DNA of 64,000 nucleotides from an uncultured Chloroflexia bacterium (GTDB lineage: Bacteria; Chloroflexota; Anaerolineae; JAAYZQ01), in NCBI GenBank assembly GCA_963700285.1, contig CAVOXA010000010.1, positions 1,024,001-1,088,000 of the forward strand. The letters run 5' to 3'. The position numbers were made by a program, and so were the translations under genes. Of this stretch, positions 20,470-32,572 are shown piece by piece. The notes under the pieces were generated by a model. It made no database searches, was not told the DNA's origin, and worked only from the letters and a program-made list of their open reading frames with translations. Each line of letters begins with the position of its first letter. Positions within the stretch are counted from its first letter, which is position 1.

Positions 20470-21415
20470 TTAGACGAGCAACACACCCCCATCCACAAGA
20501 CCGACAAGTAGGGGAGCATCCGTGTCGAGGCCCTGAGGAGCCTCGACACAGGCCAGGCTCTCACCAAATTCCGCACCTGGCCTCCATTCTGTCCAGGACC
20601 GCCCGCCATCGCGAGACAGGAGCAACCCATCGCTGAGCATTACCAGGACATCGAGCCTTCTCGGGGAATTCCGGAGAGAGAAGGATGGCGTTGACAGCGC
20701 TGCGGATCCGGTCTTCGCCCAGACGCATCCAATTGCGCCCCCCGTCCTCTGACCGGTAGAGACCGTGGGATTCCGTGCCGGCAAACAGAACGCCGTCCTC
20801 GGAGTATGCAGGCGACAAGGCCAGGCTGAGTACTGGGGCCAGATCGAGGGCAAAGTCCACCTCTCGCCAGGCGCGCCCCCCATTCGTGCTGCGAAAGATG
20901 CCCGAGTCGACGCCCACGAACAGCGTCTCATCTCGCGCAAAGTCCAGCGAAATGGCCAGGCAGATGGTGTTCAGGTCCAGAAGGCCAAAGTTCCAGGCGA
21001 CCCAATTCCCACCACGGTTGGATGTACTGAACACGCCGTCCTCAAGCGTGCCTGCCAGCAGTATGCCATCACGGGCATAGTCCGGCGAGATGACGAGGGA
21101 AGAGATCACCGGAGGTGGCGATGGCAACTGGACCACATCCCAGTGCTCGCCCCCGTCAAAGGAGCGCAGGATACCACCCGGCACGCCTGCAAACACTGTC
21201 CGGTCGGAGGCGAAATCGGGTGACATGGCGATGGCCATCGTCGGCAGCGGGGCGCTGAGGTTCAGAGCCACGTAGGCTGGCTGCCAGGTCCCCCCGCCAT
21301 CGTCGGAGCGGTACAGGCCCGAGCCCCGTGCCGCAAAACAGATCCCATCCTGTGCAAAGTCAGGCGAGGTCGCAAGGGCGTAGGTGATATCCTGAAGCCG
21401 TATCTCTTCGGTCAT
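20470..21415 (-). CDS. BNR/Asp-box beta-propeller protein (frameshift near 20655)
   Basis: Repeated S-x-D/N-x-G-x-x-W boxes (RSDDGGGTW, RSFDGGEHW, RSTNGGRAW, RSEDGGRNW, SRDGGRSW) alternating with SPDF/SPDY/SPAY; no signal peptide. Confidence 0.8.
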
Positions 21416-21476
21416 TTGATCTCCGCTCTGAAAGTCAACATGCTGAATTGGTCGTGCTGGTGCCCGCAAGGCGAGT

Positions 21477-21512
21477 GGTCGACTCGCGAATCAAAGGATC
21501 CGCGAGTCGACC
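21477..21512. other. Intergenic stem-loop
   Basis: 12-bp perfect inverted repeat GGTCGACTCGCG/CGCGAGTCGACC; no clear U-tract on the minus strand. Confidence 0.55.
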
Positions 21513-21537
21513 GCAGGCAAAACCAATGCTGCCCTTG

Positions 21538-22965
21538 CTAGTGATTGTGCCGGTATATATCCCAGCCCAGGTAGGTCGTGATCGCCTCTTGGAGCACATC
21601 TGCACAGTGGTCTCGGGTCAGGGCCACGTGGTGCTCAAACCCGTTCTTGCACACGTAATCCATGAGACACTGAAGGTTTTCCACCTTGCAGACCGCGGAT
21701 CCGCCATCAATAGCGACAGGATCATCAGTGAACTCGCCCTCACCCAGGTAGGCTTTGATGATACCCTTGGGATCATCGGTGGACATGCGGAAGAAGGTCA
21801 TCGGTCCTGCAGCGACCTGGCCCTTGAGGGCACCAAAGCACCGATCCTCTCCCAAGGAAGCTCCCAGGACATCCAGGCTGGAGATTTCGACCTCTTTTCC
21901 CATGAAACTCATGGGGTAGTTGCTGCAGTGGACATTGATGCATTTGTCCCGATCCTCTCCATAGTTGTTGTTCCAATCCTGGAAGCCCGGTGGATTCCCC
22001 GAAGCCAGCAACAAGGCGTACATCGAAACCGCACCGACCACATCTACCTCACAAGCGCTGGGCAAAAGGCGTTCTCCCATCATGCTCATCGACAGGCACG
22101 TGGCGCAACCATAGTTCTTCTGGATCGAGTCCCAGCACTCGACAGCGCTGGCATCGCACTCGTTGTCGTCCATCCAGCGATCGAGCACAATCGATAGCTT
22201 GGCCTGCCTGAGGATCTGCTCCACTGGGATGTGCTCGGGAATCCTGCCATAGTCCCTGATCTCGGCCAGCTTGTTTTGAACGGCCTTGTCGTCGTCTCTG
22301 AGGGCCTGAGCACCAAAGATGATCTCTGACAGGTCGACGGGAATGACGGTGATCCCGGCGGCCTGGAGGATCTTTTCGCTGAAGCGCACGGTTTGGAAGG
22401 CCGCCGGCCGCGCACCAATGGCGCCGATCCGCGCGTGCTTCAAGCCCTTGACCACGCGGCACACCCGCGCAAAAGAGTCCAGATCCTTGGCAAAGTCATC
22501 GCTGTCGATGGGGTAGGTGTGAAGAGAGGTGTTGGTGAAGGGAATACTGTACTGGTACAGGTTGTTGCACACCGAGAGCTTGCCGCAGAAAGCATCCCTG
22601 CGGTTTGCTACATCCAGTTTGTCCAGATCATCGTCACAGGCCTGGACCAACACCGGGACATCCAGCTTGGCCATGTCCAGAGTCTGCACAACTCCGAGTT
22701 CGTCGCCAAAGTTGGGAAGGATGATCACGACGCCGTCGATCTCGTCTGCCTTCTCCTTAAAGAGCTCGGCGCACAGTTTCGCATCACTCAGGGTCTCGAT
22801 AGCGCCGTTGGGCGTGGCATCCTCGGGCGGGATGACATAGTCATAGCCCAGCCCATCGAGCTTGGCCAGCAATTGCGGGCGGGCCGCTGATGCCAGAGCG
22901 GGGTTGAAAAAACCGCGCGAAGCTACTATCAAGCCAAAGGTAGTCTTTTTCTCCATGATTCTCAT
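21538..22965 (-). CDS. L-fucose/L-arabinose isomerase family protein
   Basis: LPNFGDE, RRDAFCGKLS, IGARP-AF-TVR, ECWDSIQ, SACEVD, HCSN, GFEHHVA. Confidence 0.85.
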   Translation of the reverse strand: MRIMEKKTTFGLIVASRGFFNPALASAARPQLLAKLDGLGYDYVIPPEDATPNGAIETLSDAKLCAELFKEKADEIDGVVIILPNFGDELGVVQTLDMAKLDVPVLVQACDDDLDKLDVANRRDAFCGKLSVCNNLYQYSIPFTNTSLHTYPIDSDDFAKDLDSFARVCRVVKGLKHARIGAIGARPAAFQTVRFSEKILQAAGITVIPVDLSEIIFGAQALRDDDKAVQNKLAEIRDYGRIPEHIPVEQILRQAKLSIVLDRWMDDNECDASAVECWDSIQKNYGCATCLSMSMMGERLLPSACEVDVVGAVSMYALLLASGNPPGFQDWNNNYGEDRDKCINVHCSNYPMSFMGKEVEISSLDVLGASLGEDRCFGALKGQVAAGPMTFFRMSTDDPKGIIKAYLGEGEFTDDPVAIDGGSAVCKVENLQCLMDYVCKNGFEHHVALTRDHCADVLQEAITTYLGWDIYRHNH

Positions 22966-23041
22966 TTTGTTCTTCTCCCTTTCTTTCTAAAGGTTTTTGC
23001 CTTACACATTGTCTGTCCAATGCCAACACGGATAAGGAATA

Positions 23042-24238
23042 CTAGTCTCGTTTCCACCTGGCAGGCGTCCATTTTCTGTCGCTTTTGCTGCTCTCGACCA
23101 CTCTTTCCACGAAAAAGACCCCCCGCGCCCCGTCAAAGACAGTAGGAAAGTCAAGCTCCAGCTCAGTAGGCTCTGCGCCCATGAGCTTGGCCCGCATCGT
23201 GTCTGTCGCATTGACATAGACGTTTGCAAAGGCTTCGAAAAATGCCTCTGGGTGACCCCAGGGCAGACGCGCGGCGCGCTGCGCTGCCTCGCAGAGATAG
23301 TCGTTGCCACGCGACAGGATCTGCACGGGCTCTTCAGCAGGAGCATAGGTGAGATAGTTGGGGTGCTCCTGATGCCAGGTCAAACCCGCTTTGGTCCCAA
23401 AGACCCGGATGTTAAAGTTGTTCTCACAGCCCGCGGAAATCTGAGAGGCGGTGAGAAAGCCTTTCGCCCCGCTCGTGAAGCGCAGCAAGACCATGGCATC
23501 ATCATCCAGGAGACGGCCCGGCAGAAAGCTGGTAAGATCGGCGCAGATCTCGTCCAACTCAAGGCCAGTGATGGTACGCATGAGGTTTTCGGCATGGGTA
23601 CCAATGTCGCCGATGGCCCCGCCCAGTCCGGCGCGTTCGGGATCGGTACGCCAGTCCGCTTGCTTGTGCCCAGAGTCCTCCAGTTTGGTCAAGAGCCAGC
23701 TCTGCGAGTACTCGACGATCACCTTGCGGATCTCGCCCAGCATTCCCTGTTGTACCATGTGTCGCGCCTGTTTCACCATCGGGTAGCCTGGATAATTATA
23801 GGTCACGGCAAACACAACGCCTGATTTTTCGACGGAATCAATCAGGCTGGCCGCCTGTTCCGAGGTATGGACCATTGGCTTATCCAGAATGACATTAAAG
23901 CCAGCGTCGACAAAGGCCTTGGCAATGGGAAAGTGGAGATGGTTCGGCGTAACAACGGAGACAAAGTCGAGACGATCCCCTTCGGGCCGGGCATACTCTT
24001 TCTCTAGCATCTCCTGCCATGTATCGTAGGCGCGATCCGCGGGGATGTGCAGATCCCTGGCCGAAAGCTTGGCTTTTTCCGGGGTCGAGGACAGCGCCCC
24101 GGCCACCAGCTCCACGTCGCCATCCATGGTGGCTCCTTTGTGGTGCACCGAACCAATAAAGGAGTCCCGCCCACCACCCACCATGCCCATCCTGAGCTTG
24201 CGTTCAAAGGTTGTTGTACTGTCTTTGCCGTGTACCAT
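23042..24238 (-). CDS. Gfo/Idh/MocA family oxidoreductase
   Basis: [45 protein letters not shown]. Confidence 0.9.
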   Translation of the reverse strand: MVHGKDSTTTFERKLRMGMVGGGRDSFIGSVHHKGATMDGDVELVAGALSSTPEKAKLSARDLHIPADRAYDTWQEMLEKEYARPEGDRLDFVSVVTPNHLHFPIAKAFVDAGFNVILDKPMVHTSEQAASLIDSVEKSGVVFAVTYNYPGYPMVKQARHMVQQGMLGEIRKVIVEYSQSWLLTKLEDSGHKQADWRTDPERAGLGGAIGDIGTHAENLMRTITGLELDEICADLTSFLPGRLLDDDAMVLLRFTSGAKGFLTASQISAGCENNFNIRVFGTKAGLTWHQEHPNYLTYAPAEEPVQILSRGNDYLCEAAQRAARLPWGHPEAFFEAFANVYVNATDTMRAKLMGAEPTELELDFPTVFDGARGVFFVERVVESSKSDRKWTPARWKRD

Positions 24239-24262
24239 GGATTATCCTTTCCATTGAAGGTG

Positions 24263-25826
24263 TTAGCCAGACACCATCTTGTGCCACAGGGCCTCGGCCC
24301 GGTGGGAGCTGCGTACCAAGGGACCCGCCGCCACGCCACGAAAGCCCAGGCTTTCTGCCTTGGCCTGGTAGCTGGCGAACTCGGCCGGCGGGATGTAACG
24401 GTCCACCGGAAGCTGGCGATCCGTCGGCTGGAGGTATTGGCCCAGCGTCAGCAAATCGCACCGTGCCCGCCGCAGGTCATAAAGGGTCCGCAACAACTCG
24501 GTCCTGCTCTCTCCCAGCCCCAACATCAAACCCGCCTTGGTCACCATGCGCGGCGCCAGCGCTTTGGTCCGGGCCAGCACACCCAGTGATCGCCGGTAGT
24601 CAGCCCCCGGACGCACAAGAGGATAGAGTCTGCACACTGTCTCGAGGTTATGGTTCAAGACATCCGGCTCGGTGGCCAGCACTGTTTCCAGCGCTCTCTG
24701 CGATCCGCCAAAATCTGGAATGAGTACCTCGATGACTGTCCCAGGCGACCGGCGGCGTGCAGCAAGCACGGTTGTCGCAAACTGCCGGGCCCCACCGTCG
24801 GGCAGATCGTCCCGCGTGACCGAGGTGATGACCACATGCTGCAGGTTGAGCCGGACGACCGCTTCGGCCACACGCGCTGGCTCACCAGGATCCACCGGCG
24901 CGGCACTACCCCGCCTCACGGCGCAGAAACGACAGCCCCGGCTGCAAGAGTCGCCAAGGATCATGAAGGTCGCCGTGCCTTGGCCAAAACACTCGGCAAT
25001 ATTGGGGCAGTGGGCTTCCCGGCAGACGGTATGGACGGCCAAGGTGCTCGAACAAACGCTCCATGCGGTCCACGGCGCTCTCTACCTGAGGCGAGGTGCG
25101 CCGCCACAGCCAGGCTGGCTGCTCGGGCACCCTGACACCGTGTCCCATCAAGGTAGACTCCTGCCCTTCCATCACCTTGCATGCAAATACCTGGCCGAAG
25201 GTCCGCCTAAAACGCTCGGCCACTTGCTCTAGATCTGGTGTCCAACCCAGCTCGCTCGCCATTGAGGTCACTCCGGCATCGGCGTTGCCGCAGGGGATGA
25301 GCAGTTCAAAGTGCGCCATTTCAGGAGTCACATTGAGCGCCAGGCCATGACGAGTGATCCCGTCCCGCACAGCCAGGCCCACTGCCGCGATCTTGTTGCC
25401 AAGTCCTCTGCCATTTGATGAGGCCATCCACACGCCTGGATGGCCATCTACCCGCTGCGCCTCCAGGCCATAGGAATTCAACATCCGGATGGCCGTTTCC
25501 TCAAGCCGCCAGACGTAGGCGTGAAGGTCGCCGTCGGGTGGCCTGAGAATCAGATAGATCACAAGCTGTCCAGGGCCATGGTAGGTGGCCCGACCGCCAC
25601 GGTCTGTCGGGAATACGCGGACCCCCAACTCGCGCAGCGCCGGCGCAGTGGCCAGGATATCGTTTTCAGCCTCCGCCACGACCAATGGTGATCACAGGCG
25701 GATGCTCGAGCATGAGCAGTGTATCACCGATTGCCCCTGAGGCTCGGGCCAGGGCTAGATCCCCTGCAGACGCGAACTCTGTTCGTACTCGACCGTACCC
25801 AGACGGTACGCCGTCACAACGTTCAC
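24263..25826 (-). CDS. lipB-lipA: Fused octanoyltransferase (LipB) and lipoyl synthase (LipA), frameshifted
   Basis: From GTG 25826: YRLGTVEY, LEHPPVITIGRG, DRGGRATYHGPGQLV, KIAAVG, HGLALN, PCG (LipB). The frame continues without a stop into QPAWL, then after a shift HTVCREAHCPNIAEC, CSRGCRFC and RSSH (LipA). Confidence 0.85.
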
Positions 25827-25862
25827 CAGCTACCTCTGATCATGGGCTTGGTTTGCCGTTCC

Positions 25863-27262
25863 CTACCAGTCAGGCAGGTGCAGCGATCGCTTCTCGACAT
25901 CCATCGCCGCGTCCACCAATGCCTCGCCGATGGCCGGGTGTGCAGGAATGAAGCGCATCAGTTCGCCAACAGTGGCTTCTGACAGCATGGCGACACTCAC
26001 AGCGTTGACGACTTCCACGGCGCCGGGTGCCATCACGTGGGCGCCCAGGATCTTGCCATACTTTTTGCTGGCAATCACCTTGATCATGCCGGCCGTCTCG
26101 TCCAGAATCATCGCGTAGGGATTGATGGCCATTGGAACCTTGCCGATGCTCACCTCGATGTCCTGGGCTTCGGCTCGCTCCTCGGTGAGACCCACCCATG
26201 CAACCTCAGGCCAGGTGTAGAGACAGCAAGGCACAGGGTCATAGTCCATCTTGGTGGACTTGCCCATTGCATTCTCGGCTGCGACAATGCCTTCAGCGTT
26301 CGCTATATGTGACCACATGGGACCGGCGGACTTGGATATGGGCGAGGCGATGTCACCAACCGCATAGATGCTGGTGACACTGGTCCGCATGGTTTCGTCC
26401 ACCAGGACGGCACCGGAATCCATCTTGAGCCCCAACTCGCGTAGACCAAGCCCGGTTGAATTCGGCAGGCGGCGACCAGCAAGCACCTTGTCAGCATGCA
26501 CCTCACCTTTGCCCTCCGCCAGGATGACAACCAGCGAGCCATCATCAACCTGGTGAATCGCCTCCACGTCCATGCTTCTCTTGATGGCAATCCCATCATC
26601 ATGAAGCAGCTTACCCAGGCGTTGCGCAAGCTCGCGATCAGCCTCCGGGCAGCAATTGTCCTCCACTTTCGATAAGGGTCACTTTGCTGCCCATTGCGTG
26701 GAAGTACTGCGCCAATTCGACATCCCAGGGCTGGCTGCCCAGGATGACCATGCGCCGGGGAATCTCGCGCAGTTCCACTGCCTCTTCTGTGCCAATGACA
26801 CCAGGCAGGTCTGCCCCCTCGATGGCTTGCTGAGCAGCGACCGATCCCGTAGCCAGGACAATGCTGCGTGTGCGGAACAGCTCTCCGTTGACTTCCACGG
26901 TTTCCGGGGCGACGAGCCTGGCCCAGCCTTCAATCAGGCGTATACCCCGATCGATGAGCAACTGCTCTGTGCCCATCCGCAGGCCTTCGATGATCAGATC
27001 CTTGCGCTTGTGCAGCACCTCCATGTCGACGAAGGGTTCTCCCACCTGGATGCCGTAGCGCTCCGCCTTGCCAAGGGCAGCCATCATGTACGGCCGCGCG
27101 CATAAGCACCTTGGATGGGATGCAGGCCATGTTCATGCAGTTGCCGCCATAGAGGGCTCCCTCTATGAGAGTTATCTTGCCGCCCAACTGCACTGCCCGC
27201 ATCGCTGCGGCAAAGCCGCCGGAGCCCGCACCGATCACGATAAGGTCTTGTACATCCTCCAT
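25863..27262 (-). CDS. lpdA: Dihydrolipoamide dehydrogenase (E3), two frameshifts
   Basis: GAGSGG, GGNCMNMACIPSK, ATGS, YAVGD, YTWPEVAWVG, HPAIGE. The NAD-binding loop is atypical (GSQPWD). Confidence 0.88.
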
Positions 27263-27265
27263 AGT

Positions 27266-28583
27266 CTAGGCCTTTCCCTCGGCAAAGATCAACGCAGGAT
27301 GCTCCAGCAGTTCCACGAGGGTCTGCAGAAAGGCTGCGCCCGGCGCTCCATCCACGACACGATGATCGATGGTCAGGCTGAGCGTCATCCTGGATCGCGC
27401 CGCGACTTGGCCGTCGGACAGTGCAAGGTGCTGGCTGACAGCTCCCGCACCCAGAATCGCTACCTCTGGCGGGTTGACAATAGGTGTGAAGGCATCTACC
27501 CGGTACATTCCCAGGTTGGTCACGGTAAAGGTTCCACCGGTTACCTCGTCCACCGAGAGCTGGTCCGCACGGGCGCGCTCAGCCAGATCCTGCAAGGTCC
27601 GGTGGATCTCCTGGATGCTCTTTTTATCAGCCGCTCGTACCACCGGCACGATCAAGCCCTGGTCCAAGTGCCACCGCTACACCCAAGTTGATCTCGTCGT
27701 GGCAGACAATTTGCTCACCCATCAGTGTGCTGTTGAGGATCGGATGTTCTCGCAGCGCCACGGCCACAGCTTTGACAATCAGGTCGGTGTAGGAGACGCG
27801 CGTACCCCAACGCCGGCACATGGCATCGCGCAAGCCGACCAATGACGTCACATCCGCATGGCTGGTCAGGGTGAGCTGGGCCATGGAGCGCAGGCTGTCC
27901 ATCATGACCTCGGCAATGGCCTGGCGCCTGCCGGCAAAGGGGAACACCTTGGGCAGGTCATCATCAAGGGGGCCCTGTCTCTCCAAGACGCGCAGCACAT
28001 CATCTTCCGTGATGCGGCCATCCGGGCCTGTCCCTTGAATCCGGGCCAGATCCAGGTTCTCTTCTTCTGCCATCCGGCGGGCCAAAGGGGTAGCCGCGAT
28101 ACGAGACTGTTCGTCGTGAAAAGTCTGCACATCCTTTTCGCTGATGCGACCGCCCCGGCCGCTACCCTGTACCTGGGTGATATCCACACCCAGTTCCTTC
28201 GCAAGCCGCCGGGCGGCTGGAGAGGAGCGGACCTCACCGGGCCTTTCGTCCAATCTCGGCGCTGGGTCCGGCGTCTCTGCTGTGAGAACGGCATCATCCG
28301 CCACGGTTGCTGGCGCTGTCGCTTGGTCGATCTCGGGCATGGCTTCGCCAGGCTCCAGGATGACGCCAATGACATCAGCCACTCTGCGGCTCTCCTTGGA
28401 TTGAGTCACAATACGCAGGATGCCAGAGGCAGGAGCCTCCACCTCGTAGGTGATCTTTTTGCTCATCACCACGACGACAGGCTGGCCTTGCTCCACCTGT
28501 TCGCCGTCCTGTGCGAGCCACTTGACGACCTTGCCCTCGGTCATGGTCAAGCCCAACTTGGGCATAGTCAGTGTTGTTGCCAT
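27266..28583 (-). CDS. acoC: Dihydrolipoamide acyltransferase (E2): one lipoyl domain, two peripheral-subunit-binding domains; frameshift near 27665
   Basis: MPKLGLTMTEG, SPAARRLAKE and TPLARRMAEE, GTFTVTNLG, DHRVVDGA. Confidence 0.88.
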
Positions 28584-28665
28584 CCCCTCTCCTTAAAGTT
28601 CGCGGATTACTTGGCACTATGAGCGAACTATTGCATGTCCACGCCCTGCCACTCGGAGCGTAGGG

Positions 28666-29683
28666 TTACACGACAAAGGCGCCTTCAGCCACCGCTTGCG
28701 ACAGGGTCCGCTCCACATCCACGATCCACGGCCCATCGAGGTCAAGTGTCACATCCGCGCCGTCGCTGCCGTGCAGCGTGATCTCTCGCTCACCATCCAG
28801 CGCCAGCACGGCCGGGCGCAGAGAATCCACGGGATGACTGATCCCTGGTCTCATCTCGACAATCTCCCCAATGCCTATCGGCGACCAAGGAACCCGGCGC
28901 GATGGGGACCATCACCTTTCGCCCATCTTGGGTTATGGTGGCGGACGCTCCACCCGGATAGGCTGGATCCACTGGATTCACTACACCAATGATCGCTGAC
29001 AACCCGATGTTGATGGGCTGGGCGCGGGTCACAAAAACCTGGCGCAGACTCCCGATCTCCCAGACTGCCCGCGCCCCGACAAAACCGGTAGACACCAAGG
29101 CCACTTCAACGAGCGCCTGATCGACCATCTCGCCATTCACGCGTACCAGCAGGCGCTTGTGCCGCCAGCAGAGAGCCTTCCGGTCGGCATCAGGACGCCG
29201 GGCAACATAGGCCGCAGCAGAACCGGCAATCGTCCCCTCGATAAAGTAGGGCACAACGTTGTTCGTGCCGGTTGAGAGCGGTAACAGAGGCACTTGACCA
29301 GCACCCTTGGCCACAATGCGGCTGGTTCCATCGCCTCCCAGGACGATGATGCAGCCAACCCCGGCATCGCGCAGGTATTGGGCTGCCCGCAGCGAGTCCG
29401 CAGATGTATGCACAATGGGCATGTCGATCAGCGATGCTGTGTCGACGACCTCGGGCCGGTCGCGCAGTCCCTTCAGCGCCCGGACCCCAATGCCAAATGG
29501 GTCGGGCATGATCTCCACCCGTTGCGTGCCGGATGCATACAATCCCAGCAGCAGTCGCCGGACGATGCTGACCTTCTCGTTGTTGTTCACCACCGTCGCG
29601 TGAGACACCAGGCGCCTGATGTCTTTGCCCGACGCAGGATTGGCAATGATGCCTACGAAACCCAAAACCGTCCTCCAGACCAA
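28666..29683 (-). CDS. acoX: AcoX / ATP-NAD kinase family protein (frameshift near 28885)
   Basis: GIIANPASGKDIRRLV, LGGDGT, STGTNN, ALDGERE; located inside the aco cluster. Confidence 0.85.
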
Positions 29684-29689
29684 GCCGTG

Positions 29690-30684
29690 TCAGTCGACAA
29701 ACAGGATCTTGCCGCACTCGCCTGTGCGAAAGAGATCAAAAGCCGCCTCCGCCTCGGACAGTGGGAACCTATGTGTGACGGTTTTCTCCACTGGCAACCC
29801 GCGCTCGACCAGTGCGACCATCTCGTCGAACTCGGCCGTGTTAAAGTTGCGCGTCCCAAAGACGGTCAGCTCCCGGCAGATGAGGTGCTCCCATGGATTG
29901 AGGCTCAGCTGTGACTGACACCGACAACGACCAACGTGCCCCGCTCTTTCAGGCTGGCGAGGCCCTGCTCGGCGACCACCTGGCTGCCAACACAGTCAAA
30001 GGCTACGTCGATTCCGCGTCCATGGGTCCAGTCCGCGAGGACCTCCGGGATATTGTCGCGACGGGGATTCAGCATCAATTCTGCCCCAAGATCCTGTGCC
30101 ATGGCAAGCCGATAGTCGCTCAAATCCACACTTGCCACCCGGGCACCAAATGTCGAGGCGACCATCAATGCCCCCAAGCCAATGGGACCAGCACCCCACA
30201 CAGCTACCTGGTCGCCCGGCAATAACCTGGCACGCTTGACTCCCCTGAACGGTGTCCCCAACATATCCACCAGAAGCGAGCCTGCCTCAAAAGAGAAATC
30301 GTCGGGCAGAGGATGACAGCAAGCCTCCGGCACCAAAACGCACTCGGCAAAACCGCCATCTCTCTCAAAGCCGATGGCTTCCAGTTCCCTGCAAAAGTAC
30401 AGGTCGCCTCTGAGGCAGTGCACGCAACTGCCACAGGTCACGTGGCAGTTGATGGCCACTCGGTCACCAACCTTCAGACGCGCCGGCTTGTCGACCGCCA
30501 CGACCTCGCCCGCGTTCTCGTGTCCCGGAATGGTCGACTGGCCCGGACCTTCCAGGTTCTCACGATCCGTACCACAGATGGCGGCCGACTTGACCCGCAC
30601 CACCACCTCGCGACCTCGCGGCTCAGGGGTGGGCACCTCGTCGAGCGAAATCTGGTTCTGGCCCAAAAAGTGAATGGCTAGCAT
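29690..30684 (-). CDS. Zn-dependent alcohol/polyol dehydrogenase (frameshift near 29910)
   Basis: ICGTD, GHE, CGSCVHC...C, GAGPIG; continues in another frame as [13 protein letters not shown]...GKILFVD*. Confidence 0.88.
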
Positions 30685-30704
30685 TTCCCTTATCCCCGTA
30701 TGCT

Positions 30705-31490
30705 CTATGTCTCCATGAACTCGCCACCCGCGACAACCAACTGCTCGCCGGTGATGTGGCTAGCCAGATCGGAGGCCAGAAATACAAAGGCGTTGGCTTG
30801 ATCTCGGGGCGTGGCGATCTTGTCCAGTGTTGTCCTGGCCACCAGTTCATCCATCAGGCCAGGTACGCGATCAACGACATCGCGCAGCATCTGGGTGTCT
30901 GTTGCACCTGGCAGAACGGCGTTGGCTCGGATCCCGTGCTTGCCCAACTCCAGCGCCAGCACCCGCGTGAAGCCGATCACGGCTGATTTGGAGGCACAGT
31001 ACGCGGCACCCTTGGTATCGGGCTTTTTCCCCGATGCCGAGGACATGTTGATGATACAACCGCCGTCGCCCTGCCGGATCATCTGCCGGGCTGCCGCCTG
31101 AGCGCATAGGAAGGTCCCACGGATATTGACCGCAAAGACCGCATCCCAGTCATCGAGGGGAAAATCGACGATCATGTGACCGCGATGGATCCCGGCGTTG
31201 TTGACCAGGATATCCAGCCGCCCGAATTCGGCCACGATCATCGTCCACTGCCTGCTGCACACTCGTCGCGTCGGAAACGTCCAGGTACAGAGCAATGGCG
31301 CGTTTCGCGGCCTGCGATCCGGCACGCTCGTTGATACGCTTGTGCTACAGCTCGCGCCTCATCCAGCAGAGTGTCTGCCACAGCCACCGGGCACCATGCT
31401 CGGCATATACCTCTGCGATGGCACGCCCGATGCCTCTGGCAGCACCGGTCACCAGTGCGATCTTGTCTGTCAACAAAGTCGCCACAGCAT
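30705..31490 (-). CDS. Short-chain dehydrogenase/reductase (frameshifted)
   Basis: KIALVTGAARGIG, LVNNAG, NMSS, YCASK, NAVLPG, ITGEQLVVAGG. Confidence 0.88.
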
Positions 31491-31569
31491 GTCTCCTCCG
31501 CCTCGCATCCGGCGCCCTCCCGCGTGAGAGATGCCGGGCTCTGCCCCTCCAACCTTCGCTGGAAGCGGC

Positions 31570-32549
31570 CTATCCCCCGGTGACCTGTCTGACCGCCGCA
31601 ATGATCTTTTCCTCGCTGGGCAGCACATATTCTTCCAGCACCGGGGCGAAGGGAGTGGGCACCTCGCGGGCGGTCACACGGATGACCGGCTCGTCGAGGT
31701 AGTCCAATGCCTTTTCCGCAGCGATGGCAGCAACCTCGGAGCTGACGCTGCACTTGGGCCAGGTCTCCTGGACCACCACCAGGCGATGCGTCTTCTCGGA
31801 TCGATGCCAGTATGGTTTCTTCGTCGAGGGGATCGACCGTACGCAGGTCCACGACTTCGACGCTCGATCCCCTCTTTGGCCAGCTCCTCTGCAGCGGCCA
31901 GCGACTTGGTCACCATGTACGAGTAGGTCACAAGCGTCACGTCTGAGCCCTCTCGCTTGACGTCTGCCTGGCCCAAGGGGATCGTATACTCTTCCTCTGG
32001 GACCTCGCCCTCTACCTCGTAGAGCTGCTTGTGCTCAAAAAAGATCACGGGGTTGTTGTCGCGAATGGCACTCTTGAGCAGACCTTTGGCGTCGTACGGC
32101 GTGCTGGGCAGCACAACCTTGAGCCCGGCCACAAAGGCGAACATCGACTCAAACATGTGTGAGTGCTGGGCTGCAGCCGACACATAGCCGCCTACAGGCG
32201 CCCGAAGTACCAGAGGCACCGAGATCACACCACCAAACATGTAGCGCATGTTGGCCGCCTGGTTGATCAACATGTCGGAGGCAATCGTGATCCAGTCTGA
32301 AAACTGGAGCTCGACCACTGGGCGGAGCCCTGTCGCCGCCGCGCCAACTCCCACTCCGGTGTATCCCGCCTCCGACACGGGCATGTCGATTATCCGTTCT
32401 GGTCCGAATTCCTCATAGAGTCCCCGGGTGGCGCCGAAAGCGCCGCCGTAGGGACCGATGTCAATTCCCCATAGTACCACGGTTGGATCCCGGCGCAGTT
32501 CTTCGGCCATGGCTTCTGCTAGTGCTTGTGCGTAGGTTAGGGTTCTCAT
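31570..32549 (-). CDS. acoB: TPP-dependent acetoin dehydrogenase-like E1 beta subunit (frameshifts near the C-terminus)
   Basis: GGAFGAT, DMPVSE, GLRPVVE, NQAAN, AAQHS, KGLLKSAIRDNNPVIFFEHK. Confidence 0.88.
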
Positions 32550-32572
32550 GCGTATCACTCCTTGATCCAGGG

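Noticed and set aside
25680-25700. TGA near the lipB 5' region as a selenocysteine or recoding site
   Set aside because: Removing one base restores GRGGGENDIL; the position is not a catalytic Cys and indels are common in this block.
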